64,000 bases of DNA, taken from the human T2T-CHM13v2.0 reference genome, Homo sapiens. Location: assembly GCF_009914755.1 (NCBI RefSeq), contig NC_060940.1, one strand, 5' to 3'. The translations under genes were made by a program, and so were the position numbers. Shown in pieces: positions 1 to 12,120 of this stretch (positions within the stretch are counted from its first letter, which is position 1; each line of letters opens with the position of its first letter). Below the pieces are notes generated by a model. That model searched no databases, was not told where the DNA came from, and saw only the letters and a program-made list of their open reading frames with translations.

Positions 1-3000
1 CCATTCAATTCCATACTCCGATGATTTCTTTTGAGCCCATTCAATGCTTCCACTCGATTCCATATGATGACTCCATTCGATGAAATTCGATGATGATTCC
101 ATTCGCTTGCTTTCGATGATGATTCCACTTGAGTCCGTTAGAAGATTCTATTCAATTACATTCCATGACGATTCCGTTCGAGTCCATTTGATGATTCCAT
201 TAGACTCCATTCGACGATGATTCCATTCGATGTTATTCGATGATTCCATTCGATCTCATTCGATGATGATTCCATTCAACTCCATTCGATGTTTCCATTC
301 GAGTTCATTCTATTATTCCATTACATTCCATTCGATGATGATTCCATTCGATTCCCTTTGATGATTGCATTCTATTTCATTTGATGTTGATTCCATTCGT
401 GTCCACTCGATGATTCCATTCGAGTCCATTTAATGAATCCATTGGTTTCAATTCTATGATGATTACATTGGATTCCATTCGTTGATGATTTCATTCGGTT
501 CCATTCAATGATGATTCTATTCAATTCCTTTCAATGTTTCCATTCAATTCCATACGATGATGATTCCATTTGATTTGATTCGACAGTGAGCCATTCGATT
601 CAATTCCATGATGATTCTATTTTATTCAATTGGTTGACATTTCCATTCGATTCCATTCGATAATGATTCCCTTTGATTCCATTCAAAGATGATTCCATTC
701 TAGCCCATTCAATCATTCCATTCGATTCTATTCAATGATGATTCCATTCATGTCGATTTGGTGATTCCATTTGACTTCATTTGATGATGATTCCTTTCAA
801 GTTCATTAGATGATTCCATTCGATTCCATTTGATGATGATCCCATTCGAGTCCATTCAGTGATTCCATTCGTTTCCATTCCATGATGATTCCATTCCATT
901 CCATGCAATGATTCCATTCGATTCCGTTTGATGATGATTTCATTCGAGTCCATTTGATGATTCCATTTGATTCCATTCGATGATGATTCCATTCGAGTCC
1001 ATTCGATGATTCTATTCGAATCCATTTGATGATTTCTTTTGATTATAGTTGGTGATGATTCCATTGGAGTCCATTCAATGATTCCATTCGATTCCAATCG
1101 ATGGTGATTCCATTAGAGTCCATTTAATGATTCCATTTGATTCCAGTCTCTGATGATTACATTCGAGTCCATACGATGATTCCACTCAATTCCATATGAT
1201 GATGATTCCATTCGATTCCATTCGATGATTCCATTCTATTCTATTCGATGGTGATTCCATTCGAGTACATTAGATGATTCCATTCGATTCCATTCAATGA
1301 TGATTCTATTTGTGTCCCTTAGATGATTCCACATGATTCCATTAGATGATGATACTATTTCAGCCCATCCAATGATTCCCTTCGATTCCATTCGATGAGG
1401 ATTCCATTCGATTCAATTCATTGGTGATTCTATTCAATTCAATTCTTTGATTCCATTCCATTCCATTCGACAATGATTCCATTCGATTTCTTTCGATGAT
1501 TCCACTCGATTCCACTTGACATTGATTCCATTCGATTCCATTCAATGATTCCATTTGATTCCAGTGGATGATGATTGCCATCGATTCCATTCGATCACTC
1601 CATTCTATTCCATTTGATGATGATTACATTCGATTCCATTTGATGATTCCATCTGATTCTATTCGAGGATTCCATTTGATTCCATTCGCTGATGATTCCA
1701 TTCGAGTCCATTCGATGATTTCATTCGAGTACATCCAATGATTCCATTCGAGTCCATTTGATGATTCCATTTGATTCCATTTGATTATGATTCTACTAGA
1801 GTCCATTCAGTGACTCCATTCGAGTCCATTCAACAATTCCATTCGACTCCATTCGATGATTCCATTCGATTCCATTTGATGATTCCATTCGAGTCCATTT
1901 AATCATTACAGTCGAGTCCATTTGGTGTTTCCGCTGGATTTCCTTTGATAATGATACCATTCAATTACATTTGATGATGATCCCATTCAATTTCATTTGA
2001 TGATGACTCCATTAGAGTCCATTCGATGATTTTATTCGAGTCCCTTCATTGATTCCATCCGATTTCAATGGATGATGACTCCATTCGAGTCCATTCGATG
2101 ATTCCACTCGATTCCATTAGATGATTCCATTGGAGTCCATTTGATTGTCCGATTTGATTCCATTCGATTCCTTTCGAAGATTATTCCATTTGAGTCCATT
2201 CGATGATGATTCCATTCCATTCCATTCAATGATTCCGTTTGATTCCATTCGATGATTCCCTTCGATTCCTATCTTTGATGATTCCATTCCATTCCATTCA
2301 ATGATTCCATTCGAAACTATTCCATGATGATTCCTTTCGATTCCATTCGCTGATGTTTCCGTTCAATTCCATTCGATGATGATTCCATTCGATTCCATTC
2401 ATTGAGGATTCCATTTGATTCCATTCAATGATGATTCCATTCTATTCCTTTCAAAGATTGCATTCAATTCCATTCAATGGTTATCCCATTAGAGTAAACT
2501 CAACGATTCCATTCAATACCATTCGATGATGATTCCTTTTGAGTCCATTCAATGATTTCATTCAAGTCCATTTGATGATTCCTTTCAATTCCATTCTATG
2601 ATGATTCCATTCGAGTCCATTCGATGATTCCATTCGATTGCATTCGATGATTCCATTATATTCCATTCAATGATGATTCCATTCGAGTCCATTCGATGAT
2701 TCCATTAGAGTACATTTAATGATTGCTTTGTTTTCAATTCGAAGATGATTACATTCGATTCCATTCTATGATACCATTCGATTCCATTCAATGATGACTC
2801 CACTCAAATCCATTGGATGATTCCATTCGTGTCCATTCGGTGATTTCATTAGATTCCATTCGAGGATGACTCCATTCGATTCCATTCGATGATTCCATTC
2901 AATTCCATTCGATGATGATTCCATTCCAGTCCATATGATCATTCCATTTGATTTCATTCGATGATGATTCCATTCGATTCGATTCGACGATTCCATTCTA

Positions 3001-3461
3001 TTCCATTCGATGATGATTCCATTCGAGTCCATTCGATCATTCCATTCGAGTCCATTTAATGATTCCATTGGGTTCAATTCAATGATGATTACATTGGATT
3101 CCGTTCTATGATTCCATTCAATTCCGTTCATTGACAATTTGATTCCATTCGATGATGATTCCATTTGAGTTCATTCGATGATTCTATTCGATTCTCTTCG
3201 ATGGTGATTCAATTCTATTATATTGGATGATTCCATTCGATTCCATTTGATGTTGATTCAATTCGATTCTATTCGATGATGATTCCATTGGATTTCACTT
3301 GATGATTCTATTCGATTCCATTCAATGATGATTCACTTCTCGTCCATTGGATGATTCCATTTCATTCCATTCGATGATGATTCCATTCGATTCCATTCGA
3401 TGATTCCATTTGATTCCATTCGACGGTGAGCAATTCGATTCAATTCCATGATGATTCTATT

Positions 3462-3472
3462 TGATTCAATTA
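3462..3472 (-). promoter_or_regulatory. DUX4-consensus motif TAATTGAATCA, one per unit (also at 9522, 15582, 21642, 27702, 33762, 39822, 45749, 51321, 57381, 63343)
   Basis: The + strand reads TGATTCAATTA, whose reverse complement fits the TAAYBBAATCA double-homeodomain consensus. DUX4 binding and activation of HSATII is established in general. Occupancy of this particular site is inferred. Confidence 0.5.
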
Positions 3473-3539
3473 GATGATGTTTCCATTCGAATCCATTCCA
3501 TGATTATTCCATTGGAATCCATTCGGCGATGATTCCATA

Positions 3540-3546
3540 TGAGTCA
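3540..3546 (+). promoter_or_regulatory. AP-1 consensus TGAGTCA, one noticed per unit (CGAGTCA in unit 11 at 63421)
   Basis: Exact 7-mer match, recurring at 9600, 15660, 21720, 27780, 33840, 39900, 45827, 51399 and 57459. This is a motif match only, and it is close to the common TGAGTCC monomer variant. Confidence 0.25.
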
Positions 3547-6060
3547 ATTCAATGATGATTCCATATGGGTCCGTTCGGTGATAATTCCATTTGATTTCAT
3601 TCGATGCTTCTATTCAATTCCAGTCGATGATGATTCCGTTGGAGTCCATACGATGATTCCATTTGATTTCATTTCATGATGATTCCATTCGATGACAATT
3701 ACATTGGATTCCATTCTATGATTCCATTCAATTCCATTCGTTGATGATTCGATTCCATTCAATGATGATTCCATTTGAGTTCATTCGATGATTCTATTCG
3801 ATTCCATTCTATGGTGATTCAATTCTCTTATATTGGATGATTCGACTCGATTCCATTTGATGATTATTCCATTGGAGTCCACTTAGTGAATCATTTAGAT
3901 TCTACTCGAAGATGATTCCATTCGAGTCCATTCGATGATACCATTCAATTCCATTCGTTGATGCTTCCATTCAAGTGCATTCGATGATATCATTCGATTC
4001 CATTTGATGATAATTCCATTTGATTCCATGCGATGATTCTATTCGATTCCATTCAATGATAATTCCATTCAATTCAGTGATTCCTCTGGACTCCATTTGA
4101 TGATGATTCCATTCAATGATTCCATTCGATTCTATTCGAAAATGATTCCATTTGAATCCATTTGATGACGATTCCATTCCATTCCATTTGATGATTCCAT
4201 TCTTTTCTATTCGATGATGATTCCATTCGATTCCATTCGATGATGATTGGATTCGATTCCATTTGATGATTTCATTTGATTCCATTCGTTAATGATTTCG
4301 ATCAATTCCATTCGATGATTCCATTCGATTCCATTCGATAATGATTACATCCGAGTCCATTCGATGATTCCATTTGAGCCTGTTCGATAATTCCATTTGA
4401 GTCCAACCAATGATTCCATTCATTTCCATTCAATGATTCCATTCGAGTCCATTTGATCATTCCGGTAGGGTCCATTCGATGTTGATTCCATTGTAGTGCA
4501 TTCGATGATTCCATTCGAGTCCATTTTAGGATTTGATTCGAGTCCTTTCGATGATTCCATTCGATTCCACTCGATGATGATTTCATTCGAGTCCATTCGA
4601 CACTTCCAATCGATTCCATTTGATGATTCCATTCGAGTCCAATTGATGATTCCATTCAATTCCATTCGATGATGATTCTGTACGATTCCATTCTGTGATG
4701 ATTCCATGTGATTGCATTCAATGATGATTCCTTTCGATTGCATTCGATTATGATTCATTTCGTGTTCATTCTATGGTTCCACAGGTTTCCATTCGTGTCC
4801 ATTCCATTATTCCATTCTATTCCATTTGATGATGATTCCATTCGATTCCATTCATTGGTGATTCCACTCAATTCCATTCAATGATTCCATTCCATTTCTT
4901 TCAACAATGATTCCATTAGTTTCTAATCGATGATCCACTTGATTCCATTTGACGACGATTCCATTCTTGTCCATTCGATGATTCCATTTGATTCCATATG
5001 ATGATGATTCCATTCGATTCCATACCATGATGATTCCATTCGAGTCCATTCAATGGTGATTCCATTCAATTCCATTCGATGATTCCTTTCGATTCCATTC
5101 GATGATGATGGCATTCGATTCCTTTCAATCATTCCCTTTGATTCCATTCAAAGGTGATTTCATTCAAGTCCATTCGATAATTGCATTCGATTCCATTCTA
5201 TGATGATTCCATTCGAGTCCATTTGATGATTCCATTCAATTCAAGTCAATGATGATTCCATTCGATTCCATTCGATGATTCCATTGGATTCCATTCGATG
5301 ATGATTCCATTCAAATCCATTCGATAATTCAATTCAAGTCCATTCGATGATGATTCCAATCGAATCCATTCAAAGATTCCATTCAGTTCCATTCGATGAT
5401 TCCCTTAGATTCCATTCGATGATTCCACTTGATTCCATTTACGATGATTCCATTCGATTCCATGTGATGATTCCATTCAATTCTATTCAATGGTGTCTCC
5501 ATTTGATTCCATTCGACCATGATTGCTTTTGATTCCATTCAATGATTCCATTCGGTTCCGTTTGATGATGATTCCGTTCGATTCCATTTGATGATTCCAT
5601 TTGATTCCATTGGATGAGTCCATTCGATTACATTCGATGATTATTCCATTCGAGTGCATTAGATGATTCCATTCGAGTCCATTCGATGATTCCATTCGAT
5701 TCCATTCGATGTTGATTCTGTTCAAATCCATTCGATGATTCCACTCGATTCCATTCGATGACTCCATTTGATCCCATTCGATGATTTCCTTTGATTCCCT
5801 TTGATGATCATTCCATTTGATTCAATTCGGTGATTTCATTTGATTCCATTCAGTGATGTTTCCATTCGACTCCATTCGATGATGATTCCATTCGACTCCA
5901 TTCGATTATGATTTCATTCAATTCCATTCGATAATGATTCCCTTCGAGTCCATTCGATGATTCCATTCGATTCCATTCAATGATGATTTGATTCGTGTCC
6001 ATTCGATGATTCCATTTGATTCCACTTGATGATGATTCCATTCGAGTCCATTTGATGATT

Positions 6061-9000
6061 CCATTCAATTCCATACTCCGATGATTTCTTTTGAGCCCAT
6101 TCAATGCTTCCACTCGATTCCATATGATGACTCCATTCGATGAAATTCGATGATGATTCCATTCGCTTGCTTTCGATGATGATTCCACTTGAGTCCGTTA
6201 GAAGATTCTATTCAATTACATTCCATGACGATTCCGTTCGAGTCCATTTGATGATTCCATTAGACTCCATTCGACGATGATTCCATTCGATGTTATTCGA
6301 TGATTCCATTCGATCTCATTCGATGATGATTCCATTCAACTCCATTCGATGTTTCCATTCGAGTTCATTCTATTATTCCATTACATTCCATTCGATGATG
6401 ATTCCATTCGATTCCATTTGATGATTGCATTCTATTTCATTTGATGTTGATTCCATTCGTGTCCACTCGATGATTCCATTCGAGTCCATTTAATGAATCC
6501 ATTGGTTTCAATTCTATGATGATTACATTGGATTCCATTCGTTGATGATTTCATTCGGTTCCATTCAATGATGATTCTATTCAATTCCTTTCAATGTTTC
6601 CATTCAATTCCATACGATGATGATTCCATTTGATTTGATTCGACAGTGAGCCATTCGATTCAATTCCATGATGATTCTATTTTATTCAATTGGCTGACAT
6701 TTCCATTCGATTCCATTCGATAATGATTCCCTTTGATTCCATTCAAAGATGATTCCATTCTAGCCCATTCAATCATTCCATTCGATTCTATTCAATGATG
6801 ATTCCATTCATGTCGATTTGGTGATTCCATTTGACTTCATTTGATGATGATTCCTTTCAAGTTCATTAGATGATTCCATTCGATTCCATTTGATGATGAT
6901 CCCATTCGAGTCCATTCAGTGATTCCATTCGTTTCCATTCCATGATGATTCCATTCCATTCCATGCAATGATTCCATTCGATTCCGTTTGATGATGATTT
7001 CATTCGAGTCCATTTGATGATTCCATTTGATTCCATTCGATGATGATTCCATTCGAGTCCATTCGATGATTCTATTCGAATCCATTTGATGATTTCTTTT
7101 GATTATAGTTGGTGATGATTCCATTGGAGTCCATTCAATGATTCCATTCGATTACAATCGATGGTGATTCCATTAGAGTCCATTTAATGATTCCATTTGA
7201 TTCCAGTCTCTGATGATTACATTCGAGTCCATACGATGATTCCACTCAATTCCATATGATGATGATTCCATTCGATTCCATTCGATGATTCCATTCTATT
7301 CTATTCGATGGTGATTCCATTCGAGTACATTAGATGATTCCATTCGATTCCATTCAATGATGATTCTATTTGTGTCCCTTAGATGATTCCACATGATTCC
7401 ATTAGATGATGATACTATTTGAGCCCATCCAATGATTCCCTTCGATTCCATTCGATGAGGATTCCATTCGATTCAATTCATTGGTGATTCTATTCAATTC
7501 AATTCTCTGATTCCATTCCATTCCATTCGACAATGATTCCATTCGATTTCTTTCGATGATTCCACTCGATTCCACTTGACATTGATTCCATTCGATTCCA
7601 TTCAATGATTCCATTTGATTCCAGTGGATGATGATTGCCATCGATTCCATTCGATCACTCCATTCTATTCCATTTGATGATGATTACATTCGATTCCATT
7701 TGATGATTCCATCTGATTCTATTCGAGGATTCCATTTGATTCCATTCGCTGATGATTCCATTCGAGTCCATTCGATGATTTCATTCGAGTACATCCAATG
7801 ATTCCATTCGAGTCCATTTGATGATTCCATTTGATTCCATTTGATTATGATTCTACTAGAGTCCATTCAATGACTCCATTCGAGTCCATTCAACAATTCC
7901 ATTCGACTCCATTCGATGATTCCATTCGATTCCATTTGATGATTCCATTCGAGTCCATTTAATCATTACAGTCGAGTCCATTTGGTGATTCCGCTGGATT
8001 TCCTTTGATAATGATACCGTTCAATTACGTTTGATGATGATCCCATTCAATTTCATTTGATGATGACTCCATTAGAGTCCATTCGATGATTTTATTCGAG
8101 TCCCTTCATTGATTCCATCCGATTTCAATGGATGATGACTCCATTCGAGTCCATTCGATGATTCCACTCGATTCCATTAGATGATTCCATTGGAGTCCAT
8201 TTGATTGTCCCATTTGATTCCATTCGATTCCTTTCGAAGATTATTCCATTTGAGTCCATTCGATGATGATTCCATTCCATTCCATTCGATGATTCCGTTT
8301 GATTCCATTCGATGATTCCCTTCGATTCCTATCTTTGATGATTCCATTCCATTCCATTCAATGATTCCATTCGAATCTATTCCATGATGATTCCTTTCGA
8401 TTCCATTCGCTGATGTTTCCGTTCAATTCCATTCGATGATGATTCCATTCGATTCCATTCATTGAGGATTCCATTTGATTCCATTCAATGATGATTCCAT
8501 TCTATTCCATTCAAAGATTGCATTCAATTCCATTCAATGGTTATCCCATTAGAGTAAACTCAACGATTCCATTCAATACCATTCGATGATGATTCCTTTT
8601 GAGTCCATTCAATGATTTCATTCAAGTCCATTTGATGATTCCTTTCAATTCCATTCTATGATGATTCCATTCGAGTCCATTCGATGATTCCATTCGATTG
8701 CATTCGATGATTCCATTATATTCCATTCAATGATGATTCCATTCCAGTCCATTCGATGATTCCATTAGAGTACATTTAATGATTGCTTTGTTTTCAATTC
8801 GAAGATGATTACATTCGATTCCATTCTATGATACCATTCGATTCCATTCAATGATGACTCCACTCAAATCCATTGGATGATTCCATTCGTGTCCATTCGG
8901 TGATTTCATTAGATTCCATTCGAGGATGACTCCATTCGATTCCATTCGATGATTCCATTCAATTCCATTCGATGATGATTCCATTCCAGTCCATATGATC

Positions 9001-12000
9001 ATTCCATTTGATTTCATTCGATGATGATTCCATTCGATTCGATTCGACGATTCCATTCTATTCCATTCGATGATGATTCCATTCGAGTCCATTCGATCAT
9101 TCCATTCGAGTCCATTTAATGATTCCATTGGTTTCAATTCAATGATGATTACATTGGATTCCGTTCTATGATTCCATTCAATTCCGTTCATTGACAATTT
9201 GATTCCATTCGATGATGATTCCATTTGAGTTCATTCGATGATTCTATTCGATTCTCTTCGATGGTGATTCAATTCTATTATATTGGATGATTCCATTCGA
9301 TTCCATTTGATGTTGATTCAATTCGATTCTATTCGATGATGATTCCATTGGATTTCACTTGATGATTCTATTCGATTCCATTCAATGATGATTCACTTCT
9401 CGTCCATTGGATGATTCCATTTCATTCCATTCGATGATGATTCCATTCGATTCCATTCGATGATTCCATTTGATTCCATTCGACGGTGAGCAATTCGATT
9501 CAATTCCATGATGATTCTATTTGATTCAATTAGATGATGTTTCCATTCGAATCCATTCCATGATTATTCCATTGGAATCCATTCGGCGATGATTCCATAT
9601 GAGTCAATTCAATGATGATTCCATATGGGTCCGTTCGGTGATAATTCCATTTGATTTCATTCGATGCTTCTATTCAATTCCAGTCGATGATGATTCCGTT
9701 GGAGTCCATACGATGATTCCATTTGATTTCATTTCATGATGATTCCATTCGATGACAATTACATTGGATTCCATTCTATGATTCCATTCAATTCCATTCG
9801 TTGATGATTCGATTCCATTCAATGATGATTCCATTTGAGTTCATTCGATGATTCTATTCGATTCCATTCTATGGTGATTCAATTCTCTTATATTGGATGA
9901 TTCGACTCGATTCCATTTGATGATTATTCCATTGGAGTCCCCTTAGTGAATCATTTAGATTCTACTCGAAGATGATTCCATTCGAGTCCATTCGATGATA
10001 CCATTCAATTCCATTCGTTGATGCTTCCATTCAAGTGCATTCGATGATATCATTCGATTCCATTTGATGATAATTCCATTTGATTCCATGCGATGATTCT
10101 ATTCGATTCCATTCAATGATAATTCCATTCAATTCAGTGATTCCTCTGGACTCCATTTGATGATGATTCCATTCAATGATTCCATTCGATTTTATTCGAA
10201 AATGATTCCATTTGAATCCATTTGATGACGATTCCATTCCATTCCATTTGATGATTCCATTCTTTTCTATTCGATGATGATTCCATTCGATTCCATTCGA
10301 TGATGATTGGATTCGATTCCATTTGATGATTTCATTTGATTCCATTCGTTAATGATTTCGATCAATTCCATTCGATGATTCCATTCGATTCCATTCGATA
10401 ATGATTACATCCGAGTCCATTCGATGATTCCCTTTGAGCCTGTTCGATAATTCCATTTGAGTCCAACCAATGATTCCATTCATTTCCATTCAATGATTCC
10501 ATTCGAGTCCATTTGATCATTCCGGTAGGGTCCATTCGATGTTGATTCCATTGGAGTGCATTCGATGATTCCATTCGAGTCCATTTTAGGATTTGATTCG
10601 AGTCCTTTCGATGATTCCATTCGATTCCACTCGATGATGATTTCATTCGAGTCCATTCGACACTTCCAATCGATTCCATTTGATGATTCCATTCGAGTCC
10701 AATTGATGATTCCATTCAATTCCATTCGATGATGATTCCGTACGATTCCATTCTGTGATGATTCCATGTGATTGCATTCAATGATGATTCCTTTCGATTG
10801 CATTCGATTATGATTCATTTCGTGTTCATTCTATGGTTCCACAGGTTTCCATTCGTGTCCATTCCATTATTCCATTCTATTCCATTTGATGATGATTCCA
10901 TTCGATTCCATTCATTGGTGATTCCACTCAATTCCATTCAATGATTCCATTCCATTTCTTTCAACAATGATTCCATTAGTTTCTAATCGATGATCCACTT
11001 GATTCCATTTGACGACGATTCCATTCTTGTCCATTCGATGATTCCATTTGATTCCATATGATGATGATTCCATTCGATTCCATACCATGATGATTCCATT
11101 CGAGTCCATTCAATGGTGATTCCATTCAATTCCATTCGATGATTCCTTTCGATTCCATTCGATGATGATGGCATTCGATTCCTTTCAATCATTCCCTTTG
11201 ATTCCATTCAAAGGTGATTTCATTCAAGTCCATTCGATAATTGCATTCGATTCCATTCTACGATGATTCCATTCGAGTCCATTTGATGATTCCATTCAAT
11301 TCAAGTCAATGATGATTCCATTCGATTCCATTCGATGATTCCATTGGATTCCATTCGATGATGATTCCATTCAAATCCATTCGATAATTCAATTCAAGTC
11401 CATTCGATGATGATTCCAATCGAATCCATTCAAAGATTCCATTCAGTTCCATTCGATGATTCCCTTAGATTCCATTCGATGATTCCACTTGATTCCATTT
11501 ACGATGATTCCATTCGATTCCATGTGATGATTCCATTCAATTCTATTCAATGATGTCTCCATTTGATTCCAATCGACCATGACTGCCTTTGATTCCATTC
11601 AGTGATTCCATTCGGTTCCGTTTGATGATGATTCCGTTCGATTCCATTTGATGATTCCATTTGATTCCATTGGATGAGTCCATTCGATTACATTCGATGA
11701 TTATTCCATTCGAGTGCATTAGATGATTCCATTCGAGTCCATTCGATGATTCCATTCGATTCCATTCGATGTTGATTCTGTTCAAATCCATTCGATGATT
11801 CCACTCGATTCCATTCGATGACTCCATTTGATCCCATTCGATGATTTCCTTTGATTCCCTTTGATGATCATTCCATTTGATTCAATTCGGTGATTTCATT
11901 TGATTCCATTCAGTGATGTTTCCATTCGACTCCATTCGATGATGATTCCATTCGACTCCATTCGATTATGATTTCATTCAATTCCATTCGATAATGATTC

Positions 12001-12120
12001 CCTTCGAGTCCATTCGATGATTCCATTCGATTCCATTCAATGATGATTTGATTCGTGTCCATTCGATGATTCCATTTGATTCCACTTGATGATGATTCCA
12101 TTCGAGTCCATTTGATGATT
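6061..12120 (+). repeat. Higher-order unit 2 (6,060 bp)
   Basis: The line at 6061 repeats the line at 1. ORF coordinates are shifted by exactly 6,060. Confidence 0.95.

Larger units (their letters stand above)
1..6060 (+). repeat. Higher-order unit 1 (6,060 bp, canonical length)
   Basis: Colinear with unit 2 at offset 6,060. It carries about ten private substitutions (e.g. near 356, 1361, 1810, 1928, 2151, 2316, 4493, 4679). Confidence 0.95.

Noticed and set aside
158-330. TEAD-like ACATTCCA motifs
   Set aside because: CATTCC matches are a near-inevitable by-product of the pentamer, and nothing in the sequence singles these copies out.
3506-3518. Palindrome ATTCCA-T-TGGAAT as a hairpin or terminator
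   Set aside because: The 6-bp arms with a 1-nt loop are too short for a stable structure, and two substitutions in a monomer create it. It is mentioned only as context for the DUX4/AP-1 segment.
4761-4800. Less repetitive-looking stretch CGTGTTCATTCTATGGTTCCACAGGTTTCC as a possible foreign insert
   Set aside because: It aligns in register to the monomer (GAGTCCATTCGATGATTCCATTCGATTCC) with several substitutions and is present in every complete unit. It is a diverged monomer.
5347-5532. The only plus-strand ORF family (MMIPIESIQRFHSVPFDD...)
   Set aside because: It is 60-61 aa of satellite translation and is interrupted in the units carrying haplotype B. There is no evidence of coding function.
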